Below are positions 36,227-46,636 of a stretch of DNA of 64,000 bases, in pieces. Origin of the DNA: Octopus sinensis (lineage: Eukaryota); the NCBI RefSeq assembly GCF_006345805.1, contig NC_042997.1:175646001-175710000 (forward strand). The letters are read 5' to 3'. The notes beneath the pieces are model-generated. The model did no database searches. It saw nothing but the letters and a program-made list of their open reading frames with translations, and was not told where the DNA came from. Each line of letters starts with the position of its first letter. Position 1 is the first letter of the stretch. A program made the position numbers and the translations under genes.

Positions 36227-38825
36227 CATTACATACCACCGACGTCAAGGTTCTTCAATAGATCGCAGCTGATCAAGAAACTGGCGAAGAGTTTGTAAAG
36301 CTCCTGAATTCCCCATCCTTGAAATTCCCGCTGGCTTTTTTACGTGTCGTATTTGGTGTGACATTTCTACCGATCACGAACGCCCATATGTATCACAGAA
36401 GCATCGACGTCTGGTCTTTTTTTTTCCGCTTTGCACTGTTTATCGCATCTTGATATCGACTCGTTTTGTATGAGCTGTTATCAAGAAGACCATTCACGAA
36501 TTGACCAGAAGCTGCGTCGCATGTCAAAAAGCTAAAATATGCTGCCGTGTTAAGTCCCCATTTGGTACTTTTGTGACACCCAACGCACGTTTTCAACATG
36601 TGTATATATATCACCATCATGGAACGACTGCCTCTTTCCCAGAATTGTGCGCATCTTTTTACTTGGATAGACCGATTTTTCTGATGGCCTGAAGCCTTGC
36701 CTCTATCGGATACTTCAGCGGAATCTATTGCCAAAACTCTGGTACTACTCTGGATATCGCGTTTTGGTACATCCGTAACAATCACGACGGTTAGAGAATG
36801 GCAGCTCGAGTCTCCCTTGTTCAGTGAGCTGACTTGTCACCTTAGCTATAGGCACATCCACACAACAGTGTACCACCCGAGGCCAACGGCATAATCGAGC
36901 GTTTTCACTGAAAGCTGAAGTTTGTTCGTAAAGCATACCTCGACAGCAATAACTGGTAGGAATACTTTCCTCTTTTCTCGGCATTCGTGCCAACGTCAAG
37001 AAAAAAACTGACCTTACCTGGTCAAATAGTCACACCTGTTCCTTCACAGGATTTCCCAGACCCATAGAGTTATGTTCATCCTCTCCGGGCATGTATGTCC
37101 CGTCTACCATACGTCCTCAGTATGTCGCAACGCATGTTCCACCGGACATTAACCAATAGACGCATGCTTTTGTACGGAACAATAGAATAGCAGTACATGG
37201 ACCACTGGATTCTGTACTTTACAGGCACAAATGGACATAAATGGGAAATGAAATTCTGCCAGCACAGTTCGCCTTAAAAAAGTACTCATCTAGTCCAACT
37301 CCACACCATTTTTCACTTTTTTCCAAGCAGACACATCATCAATATTTCCTTCTACTAGCGTCTCAAATTCTTCTCCTCGAGTATGCACTAAACCCAGGAG
37401 ACAGGCTCATTGGCCTGCTCGATTCGTTCAATTCTGCAACTAGACACAAGTTCTCTTGGTGAATTATTTCACTCAAACACAATACACCTGTTAAGCACTA
37501 GTCAATCGACCTCTTTTTCACTTTAAATCACAGACTATCTTTTAAGGATTGTTTTTTACATACCCGCTTGTTTTCGTTTTTACATTGTCTTACGTGTTTG
37601 TATAGTTTTTTTCAATGTTCTAAAATGTGTATTTTATTCTATGCATACGCATGCACTCAAGGTTCGCGCACGTTGTATATATTAATATCTGCTCTCTGCT
37701 CTTTTTCATACGCACTCATCTGCACACTTTCAATACGAAAGTATAATAACAAACAATTGCATTTTTTCCCTCATCTTATCTTCGTTTCCATTGAAATTCT
37801 TGAGCACGCATTTAACCTTCTGCAAATGCAAGCACTCACAATTTCTTCGCACCCGCGGCCATTTATTTGCATTTAAGGTTTCGCTATATACGTTCCGTGG
37901 CAATAATTTTTATTCCAGTGATCAAATATAACTTCTATATCGTTTCACTTTTAAAGACCAGCTCTTTCTTACAGTAAGAAAAACACACTGAATTCGTAAC
38001 CAAGAATCGAATTCTCTCTTGATCTTCATATTAGCTTCTATTGTTCTCAGACACGTAATGCTGTTTGTTAGTTTGCTTGTTCCCTCATGTTTCTGCTCCA
38101 ACAAACAACACCCCAAAATAAGGAAAATATTCTACCCCTACTAGCATCCTTGATAGTTAACGTTATTGCTGAAGCTATTGTACTTTATAAATGAACAACT
38201 CAAAACATTGTTTTATAAGTATTCTAAGCTTATTTTTATACGAGTTGTTCATTACTGACTAATTAGGAAATGACCTCATATAAATTCTCAATTAATCATT
38301 TCAGTCTTAATTCTATTTGCGTAACACACCTCTATTTTGTCATCGTAGAATATTGTTTAACAAAAATATTTCTTCCCTTTGTATTTAAATTTGAGAAACT
38401 TTTTAAAGTAAGAAATAAACAGAAAATTTGTGATTAACTGTAATGGACTGGTTATATTAGGTGCAGTAGCAATTTGTACTTTTAGTGTAAAGTTGAGATT
38501 ATTCCTTGTACAATGAATTTCCAACTAACAGGTTTTCTCAGTATTCACGGTCAACAAATGCTATTTGCTTTTGGTTTATACAGCATACTCAAAGTTGTTA
38601 CATAGCTTAGGAAATTCACTGAATTTTCTTTTCACATGTAGACGAAAATGTTACATTCTTTACTATTTTTTTTTTCCGATGTCTTTTCAAAGAAATTAAC
38701 TTGTTTTTAGAAAACTTTTCCTTCTAGAATCAAATTCCTATAATTTTTGAAAACTGGCGTCTCTTCTCTCTTTGTAAAACCATTTACGCTTACATATAAA
38801 GTTCTTTTAAAATAACTTGCTATGG

Positions 38826-39605
38826 CTAACCTACTAATTATTCTATTGCAATTTTCCATATTTATTAATAATTATGTCTCAAGCTAGATTTACAAGAATT
38901 TCATTCAATAATCTGATAGACACTGTGGCGTAACAAGGGTTCTCAGCGCTAGGGGGCGACTACATCCTGCCTTGTTCGTCTCTGAATAGACAAACTGGAT
39001 CTGTAATATTTTTACTTCATTACCACTACTGGTAAATATTTCTATATTAAGCAACCTAGTCTTTTCCCTTTTATTTCTTTCGCGCAATTCCATTGTTATC
39101 TTTTTTTTTTCATAAACCCGTTTTCTAAATGAAGAAAAGTTAAGTTTTAGAAAGAAAAATATTAATTTAAGAAGCTAACTTCGCCTTCCTCTATTTTCTA
39201 TTTATTTTTTGCTAGAATTTAAACCAGCCATCAACTTAACTCGTATCCTGTCTCTTTTAATCTTTCTTTTCCGTCAGCTTAATAAATTGATATTTTCCTT
39301 TCAAAGACTCAACTTTTCTTCATTTAGAAAACGGGCTTAAAAAAAAAGAAAAGAAAAAAGGGAATTGCGCAAAGGAAAAAAAAAATGACTAGGTTGCTTC
39401 TTACAGAAATATTTACCAGTAGTGGTAGTGAAGTTAAAATATTACAGCTCCAGTTTGTTTTTTTAGAGACGGGCAAGGCGGGTTGTAGTCGCCCCCTAGC
39501 GCTGTACACCACTCATGTCTATCAGAGAGAAATTCTTGAAACTCAAGCCTGTGACATAATTATTAATGAATATGGAAAATTGTAATTGAATAATTCGTAA
39601 GTTAG
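38826..39605. mobile_element. Large imperfect palindrome (~300-bp arms), foldback/MITE-like
   Basis: 38826-39141 pairs with 39311-39605 (shared blocks agcgctagggggcgactaca, ctactggtaaatattt, aacccgttttctaaatgaagaaaagtt, ctgatagaca). Confidence 0.85.
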
Positions 39606-39869
39606 GATTCGAGTTATGAAAACAATTTTACATTAAACTAAAGGATTCTTCAATGCTTTTTGTAGGGTACATATTTATTGTTCTTTAACAAGAATAGTGT
39701 TGACAGTGACTTCGAAGTTTTGGCCTGCCTAGCCTTATATACACACATACATACGTATGTATGTATGACGTATAAATATATATAAGATATATGCCAAAAC
39801 GAATTTGTGTGTCAGTGTGTCACACTTTGATCACCTTTCTTTACTATTCAATGACACTTCTACTATTCC

Positions 39870-40110
39870 TTATGATGGGGTGATAGTAATAGTATGAGCT
39901 GTAGTTGTAATAGAGGCGGAGGCGGTGGTGGTGTTAGTGGTAAGCGATGTGAAAGACAGTGGTGACGGTGGTGGAGGGGAAGGCGGTGAAGTCAAAGGTA
40001 TTGATGGTGGTGGCGTCAAAAGTCTGAATAGTGTGTATATGCAATTGTGGTGGTGAAGGCGGTGGTACTGGTGATGGTGATGGTTGAAAACAATCAACGG
40101 GGAGAGAGAA
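39870..40110. repeat. (GGT)-rich low-complexity tract
   Basis: Directly visible. Confidence 0.75.
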
Positions 40111-40449
40111 AGATAAAGGTTGGACAGAAAAAAAATTGTAATGACTCCTGAGTGGGAAGACAAAAAATGTTGTTTATCATGCAGCTTTGCAATAAGTTCC
40201 AAATCGATAAATTATATCATTGTTTTGATGAAAATTGTTCATTGCTTGAAGAATATTGTTCAAGTTTAATAAAATTTAATATGCACTCAATGCATGAAGT
40301 GTCACTGTTGGGCCCAAGGCCCAATGAAGAGCCTTTCACAGGAGCTAACTTAAAAATCGCTCTATCGGCTCGATAGGGGTAGAGACATATGTCAGACAGG
40401 TATCATTCGGTTCGTCGTGTCTTAGCATTATTTTGTCCTTTCAGGCGAA

Positions 40450-41127
40450 GCCATGGTGCTGTGAACGAAAGAGCATCGCGTGTTTGCTTAGTGAAGAATA
40501 ATGAGCCTGTCACAACAGCTCAGCGTAAATTTCGGCGCTTCTTCAACGTTCACCGAAATCAGGCTGTTCCTACCCGTAACACAGTCTTACATTGAGTGAA
40601 TGCATTTCGTACACGAGGTACGCTGATGAACAGGAGATCGGTGGAGGCGCCACAAACGGACCCCGGAAAATGTGGAACGCGTCAGACAAGCTTTGATATT
40701 GAGTCCGAAGCATTCTACTCGGAAGTATTCCACTGAACTTGGCATCGGTTATCGATCAGTAAGACATATTTTGCATGAAGACCTGCATTTCCACCCGTAC
40801 AAATTTGTCATTGGGTAACAGTTGAAACCATGGGACTATGCACAGCGGCTTAACTTCGCACGTCAGATGGAAGCAATTTTTGAGGCAAATGACATCCACG
40901 GTCCTCTGATTTGTCTAGGTGTGATATTATATCTTGAGGGGAAACCTCACGACACGTGTGTGTGTGTGCGCAAAAACCCCGTATACTGGACGATTTCAAG
41001 GAAGCTATTCGCGTGGAAGTCATCCAAACCGACAGAGCAATGCTGAGAGAGTGGAGGCCAACTATCAAGAACTTAAGAAATGCATCAGTGAAAACACGGA
41101 CACCACATGATAGATGTTGTTTTCCAC
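40450..41127 (+). pseudogene. maT/DD37D-like Tc1-mariner transposase remnant with internal deletion of the catalytic core
   Basis: VTTAQRKFRRFF..VPTRNTVL..TPENVERVRQA..SP.HSTRK..RHILHEDLHFHPYK..LKPWDYAQRLNFA, then a jump to ILDDFKEAIRVEV..CISEN. Confidence 0.85.
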
Positions 41128-41149
41128 ACACACACACAGACACACACAT

Positions 41150-41700
41150 ATACATATATATTCCTCCTCCTCCCCCATTCCCGTCGTCCATCTGCGACGA
41201 TACTTCCGTCGTAACTGCTATCCTGTCTTTTCTCGCCCGCCTTCTAAGGCTACTGGTCGACATTTTTTTCTCTCTCGTCGTCCACTATAATCCAGCGTTT
41301 GCAATACTTTTTTCGTCTGGCGTTAACAGCCCTTCTTATCTTGTTCTCCTTGTCCTGTCTCTCACTGTTATATATTTATTTTTCCACTGTTTATATATAT
41401 ATTTTTTACTGTTTATATGTTTGTACTGTCGTTACCGTCTTGCTTTTTTTACCCCTCTGCGAAAAGATCTCAGAATTTTAATTGATTTGCTTTTCGCAGG
41501 AAGGAAGTTTTCTTCGAAGTATACGTCTCGCTTTTATCCTTCGAAACGTTTAGTAGATGAAACCTTAGCGACTGAAGAAGGGGATTTTTCGTTGTGCTTA
41601 TTGTCCTGTATCTCTTTTTTTGCTTGTCTTGTTCCTTGGTTTGTGTCTATGTTTTTCGTCTCTCTATGTGTTCGACGTCTTTTTGGAGTCCTGTACACAT
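41150..41700. mobile_element. Possible Penelope-like pseudo-LTR fragment
   Basis: T-rich strand with hammerhead half-motifs (cttcgaaacgtt, gactgaagaaggg); class assignment is inference only. Confidence 0.35.
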
Positions 41701-41775
41701 ATATGCGTGTATATGTACATGTAGAGGTAGGTACGTACATATATGTTTATATATATGCATATGTTCTATTTTATT

Positions 41776-41779
<4 letters not shown>

Positions 41780-41814
<35 letters not shown>

Positions 41815-41845
41815 CATATATATATATATATATTATATATATACA

Positions 41846-41877
<32 letters not shown>

Positions 41878-42066
41878 CATATACATACATATATATATAC
41901 ATATACATATATATATATACATACATTATATATATATATACATATATATATATACATACATATATATATATATATACATACATACATTATATATATATAT
42001 ATACATACATATATATATATATACATACATACATATATATATACATACATACATATATATATATAT

Positions 42067-42103
<37 letters not shown>

Positions 42104-42130
42104 CATACATACATATATATATATATATAC

Positions 42131-42165
<35 letters not shown>

Positions 42166-42166
42166 C

Positions 42167-42197
<31 letters not shown>

Positions 42198-42267
42198 ATA
42201 CATACATACATATATATATATATACATACATATATAATATATATATACATACATATATATATATATT

Positions 42268-42316
<49 letters not shown>

Positions 42317-42391
42317 ACATACATATATATATATACATACATATATATATATACATACATATATATATATATATACATACATATATATTAT

Positions 42392-42428
<37 letters not shown>

Positions 42429-42434
42429 CATACA

Positions 42435-42468
<34 letters not shown>

Positions 42469-42837
42469 CATACATATATATATACATACATATATATATA
42501 TATACATACATACATACATACATACATATACATACATACATACATATACATACATACATATATACATACATGCATATATATACATACATGCATATATATA
42601 CATACATGCATATATATACATACATGCATATATATACATACATGCATATATATACATACATGCATATATATACATACATACATATATATATACACACACA
42701 CATGCTCACACACATACATATATATTCATATATATACATACATATATACATACATACATATATATACACACACACACATGCTCACACACATACATATATA
42801 TTCATATATATACATACATATACATACGAGCATATAA

Positions 42838-42899
<62 letters not shown>

Positions 42900-42900
42900 G
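41780..42900. repeat. ~1.1-kb compound (TA)n/(CATA)n/(CA)n microsatellite
   Basis: Directly visible; source of the 317-aa and other YI-repeat ORFs. Confidence 0.97.
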
Positions 42901-43204
42901 GTACATGTGTATGTTTTTCTTTTCGTTTCTTTTTTCTAGCAGGGTAAATTCCTATTATATGAAAATGGTCGTGAAGGAATCTAAACCGGACGTTTGCAAC
43001 AGTTGGGACGCGCATCTTTTAATCTCCAGTCAAGAAAATCTGGTCGCTGAATTGAAATTATCTTAACATATCTCCTTTATACGCGTAAAATCCCTTTAAC
43101 CGGTGTCGAATGATATAGGTCAAAAATGCCTGTTGGTGATTTTAATAGTGTAATATGTTTGTGTATTGCACAAAAGTAAAAATTATTTTCGTGTATTACA
43201 CAAA

Positions 43205-44215
43205 AGGCCACATAATACATTCTTTTCTAAAGAAGGCATGTGAACCCCACCCCGAATTTGTTGCTTCATAACTTCCAGAACAATGGATACTTTTTAACGA
43301 AATTTCCAATAAATACCGCTTAGATGCTGCGGATTAAGAGTATATAGGGATTTATGGGAAAGAATTTTTCCGAGGGGGTGGAGAGAGGAGCTTCGGAAAA
43401 TTCACATGACTCGACTTTTTTCCGTCATAACTTTCAGGAAAATGGATATCTTTTAATGACATTTTATACAAATACCTTTCAAATGGCATAGATTGCGATT
43501 ATAAAGAAATTTGTGGGGAAATTTTTTTCCCAATGGGTCGAAAAGAGGATTTTGGGATCAGGGAAACCAAATAAGTTGGAACTACTACTCCGTTTTGACG
43601 GGTATTTTCCCAGTTTTTTTTTTTTTTATTTCAACACAGCCTTCGAAATGATGGCGGTGGGTGGACATCTATTTATGAAATAAAAGTTGTGAAAATTTTT
43701 TTGTACAACCTCCCTACCACCACCATCACCCCAGCCCCTCATCATCCCACTCTAGACTGATTTTGGCCATTTTTTTGCACTTCAAAACCATGGGAGAAGC
43801 CTTTTCGGTAAATATATATATATATATATAAAATTGTTAATATTATCCTTAGACAACCCTCTTCGTTTCTTTCTCACTCTCGAATGTATTGACGTTTTTC
43901 AATATTTTTCTCCCCATAAATACATTTATATGCTATAAAAAAAAATTAGAAAAATCGTAATTATTTTGCAGCCTCACTCCCTGCTCCCGATTGTTTCTGT
44001 TTATATAATTTAAAATATTGGAGAGCCTGAGAAGGTCATTGCTGGCATTTATCCAGTGATTTAAAAAAAGAGGCATGCAAAAGATAATTCATTTTAATAG
44101 CTTACACACACACGGCTTCGCTTGACTGAGATGGGGGTCAAAATTCTAATTACATTTTTTTGTTGCTGCTTATTTATTTATATTCCACCAATGGGCCACG
44201 CGTGTATTAGCATCA
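43205..44215 (-). mobile_element. Dispersed repeat copy (possibly Helentron/HINE-like), ~1 kb
   Basis: Homologous to 44561-45108 in inverted orientation; one end reads taatacacgcgtggcccattggtggg. Confidence 0.55.
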
Positions 44216-44250
44216 TCATTCTATAAAATGTGTTTAATGGGAGAAAAATA

Positions 44251-44432
44251 TTTATTTCTTTATTGCCCACAAGGGGCTAAACATAGAGGGGACAAACAAG
44301 GACAGACAAAGGGATTAAGTCGATTACATCGACTCCAGTGCGTAACTGGTACTTATTTAATCGACCTCGAAAGGGTAAAAGGCAAAGTCGACCTCGGTGG
44401 AATTTGAACTCAGAACGTAGAGACAGACGAAA
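44251..44432 (-). mobile_element. SINE family A, 5'-truncated (Tx1-like tail)
   Basis: atttctttattgcccacaaggggctaaac...gaatttgaactcagaacg. Confidence 0.9.
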
Positions 44433-44560
44433 ACGGGAGAAAAATATTGAAAAACATTAATAAATGTGACAGTGAAAATTGAGGGTGGTTTTGGATATGC
44501 TAGAAACAACAGCCAAATCTCCCTTGAATCGTACACCTTTTCCTCCGAAAAAAAAATCTT

Positions 44561-45108
44561 TTCACCTAAAAGGCTCCTCCCATAGTTTTCAAGTTTTAAA
44601 AAGTTGGCCTAAATTGTCCGGAGTGGGATGGTGAGAAATAGGTGGGTTGTACAAAAAATTTATCAACTTTTTTTATAAAAAGATGGCCCCATAATTTCGA
44701 AGGCTGTAGTGAAAAAAAAATGGAGAAAATCCCCGTCAAAACGAAGTAGTTCCAACTTATTTGGTCTTCCTAATCCGAAATTCCGGGTTTTGTTTTCGAA
44801 ACTCCTCTCCCCTAAACCTCGGAAAACATTTCCCCACAAATTTCTTTATAATCGTAAGCTATGCTGTTTGAAAAAGTATTTGTATAAAATTTCATTGAAA
44901 GATATCCATTTTCCTGAAAGTTATGAGGGAAAATGTCGGGTCGTGTGAATTTTCCGAAACACCTCTCCCCACCCCCTTAGGAAATTTCTTCCTATAAATC
45001 CCTATTTACTCTTAATCCACAGCATCTAAGAGGTATTTATTGAAAATTTCGTTAAAAAGTATCCATTTTTCTGGAAGTTATGAGGCAACAAATTCGGGGT
45101 GGGAGGGG
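44561..45108 (+). mobile_element. Second copy of the 43.2-43.8 kb repeat, inverted
   Basis: gtagttccaacttatttgg, ccccacaaatttctttataatcg and gatatccattttcctgaaagttatga are reverse complements of blocks in 43245-43812. Confidence 0.8.
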
Positions 45109-45114
45109 TCCATA

Positions 45115-45414
45115 GGTACTACTTGAAAACAGTGGTCCCGGTGCGCGCACTCGCGCATCCGCCTTAGCTAGTCATGATTAGTCGATCCTTACTTTGTGTT
45201 ATTTACTTAGTTTAAAAAATTATTTTCTTTGTATTTTTGTGTTTTATTTACTTTGTTTAACAAAAATTATTTACTTTGTGTAAACAAATTATTTATTTTG
45301 TGTTTTATTTACTTTGCTAGGTAGTCGTTGTAGGATAGACTAGTCACGACTAGCTAGCGCGGATGCGCGACTACGCGAGTGCGCGCACCGGGACCACTGT
45401 TTTCAAGTAGTACC
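45115..45414. mobile_element. Merlin-type MITE, 300 bp
   Basis: 41-bp perfect TIR ggtactacttgaaaacagtggtcccggtgcgcgcactcgcg (extends imperfectly to ~80 bp); 9-bp TSD gggtccata (45106-45114) / gggtacata (45415-45423); GGTAC fits the Merlin GGNRM terminus. Confidence 0.85.
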
Positions 45415-45612
45415 GGGTACATATCTGTAGTTATACCTTAAAAAAATATTTTCTCTTCAAGGAGGAAAAATATTTTTGTTATACGGTGTTTTGTGCTCTT
45501 GTAGTGTGCTGTGCTCATTGAAGTAATAAATGATTTAATCACAATAGTCCCTAATTAATTAAAAACATATTTGAGGGACAGACACTTTGGTTGCATGAAC
45601 TATTTTCGAATA

Positions 45613-46143
45613 TATATTTCTTTACCACCCACAAGGGGCTAAACACAGAGGGGACAAACAAGGACAGACAAAGGTATTAAGTCGATTAAGGCGGTGAGCT
45701 GGCAGACGCGTTAGCACGTCGGGCGAAATGCTTAGCGGTATTTCGTCTACTGTTACGTTCTGAGTTCAAATTCCGCCGAGGTCGACTTTGCCTTTCATCC
45801 TTTCGGGGTCGATAAATTAAGTACCAGTTACGCACTGGGGTCGATGTAATCGACTTAATACCTATGTCTGTCCTTGTTTGTCCCCTCTGTGTTTAGCCCC
45901 TTGTGGGTAATAAAGAAATAGGTATTTCGTCTGCCGTTACGTTCTGAGTTCAAATTCCGCCGAGGTCGACTTTGCTTTTCATCCTTTCGGGGTCGATAAA
46001 TTAAGTACCAGTTAGTCACTGTCCTTGTTTGTCCCTTCTGTGTTTAGCCCCTTGTGGATAATAAAGAAATAAGTATTATTAAGTCGATTACATCGACCTC
46101 AGTGCGTAACTAGTACTTAATTAATCGACCCCGAAAGGATGAA
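45613..46143. mobile_element. Scrambled cluster of four SINE family A segments (-,+,+,-)
   Basis: Minus tail 45613-45690, plus full copy ~45689-45925, plus partial ~45920-46075, minus partial ~46072-46143. Confidence 0.88.
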
Positions 46144-46399
46144 ATCTTTAAAAAAAAACTGATAGTTTGCAAAAAAAAAAAAAAGAAAGAAGAATAAACT
46201 AAATGAAATAACATTTATTTCTTTCTAAGAAGGAGGAAAGCGAAATAACAAAAAACAAAAAAACAAAGATAGATGGAATTTGTTTGGTGGTGAGGGAAAT
46301 GATAACGATGAGTTTTCTGCTATTGTAAAAACGAAGTAACAGCAGTCGCTGCAAATTCACCAAGAGATTCTGGTTGTTTATGATTGATGCCAGATCAAT

Positions 46400-46500
46400 T
46401 CAGCCAATGAGCGAACGTCGTTTGCTCACGTGATCGTCTCTTATACAGCCGCGTTTGTTCATACACCAATGTGGTGTAGTTCAGTGTCAGTTCTAGTTAT
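46400..46500 (+). promoter_or_regulatory. Candidate Pol II promoter
   Basis: CCAAT (46404-46408), palindromic E-box TCACGTGA (46426-46433), second CCAAT near 46465, Inr-like TCAGT motifs near 46480-46492, local CpG enrichment. Confidence 0.45.
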
Positions 46501-46578
46501 CGCTGTTGTAAAAACTTGACGGAATTATATCTTGTTATTATTATTATATATTTACCTCCTAAGTGAAAAACAACAACA

Positions 46579-46636
46579 ATGTGTGGGAACACCGACGAAG
46601 AGGATACAACCGATAGCGGTTATTCATCAAAATTCG
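46579..46636 (+). CDS. Candidate first coding exon MCGNTDEEDTTDSGYSSKF(G); product not recognised
   Basis: caacaacaATG context, non-repetitive GC-richer sequence, G|GTAATT donor at 46637. Confidence 0.35.

Larger units (their letters stand above)
33400..37450 (+). mobile_element. Degraded Ty3/gypsy LTR retrotransposon (gag, protease, partial RT, RNase H, integrase)
   Basis: LTR end ...aca then PBS-like ttggtgac (33664); gag LWFAYIETQ..EELGDKK; protease LLVDAEAEV..LQAVNHS..LDLG; RNase H AESKYNTFERE..VKHFRY..YTDH; integrase CVACQKAK..WPEALPLSDTSAESIAK..WISRFG..TTVYHP. Confidence 0.88.

Noticed and set aside
41535-41590. Circularly permuted (type II) hammerhead
   Set aside because: GAAAC and CUGAAGA halves are present but no convincing stem I forms; the same applies to the motifs at 1150-1200.
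40956-41777. 273-aa hydrophobic ORF as a membrane protein
   Set aside because: A chimera of maT transposase end, microsatellite and T-rich repeat sequence.
41743-42947. Long ORFs (317 aa and others) of YI/CM/HT repeats
   Set aside because: Translation artefacts of stop-poor microsatellites; the same applies to similar ORFs across the window.
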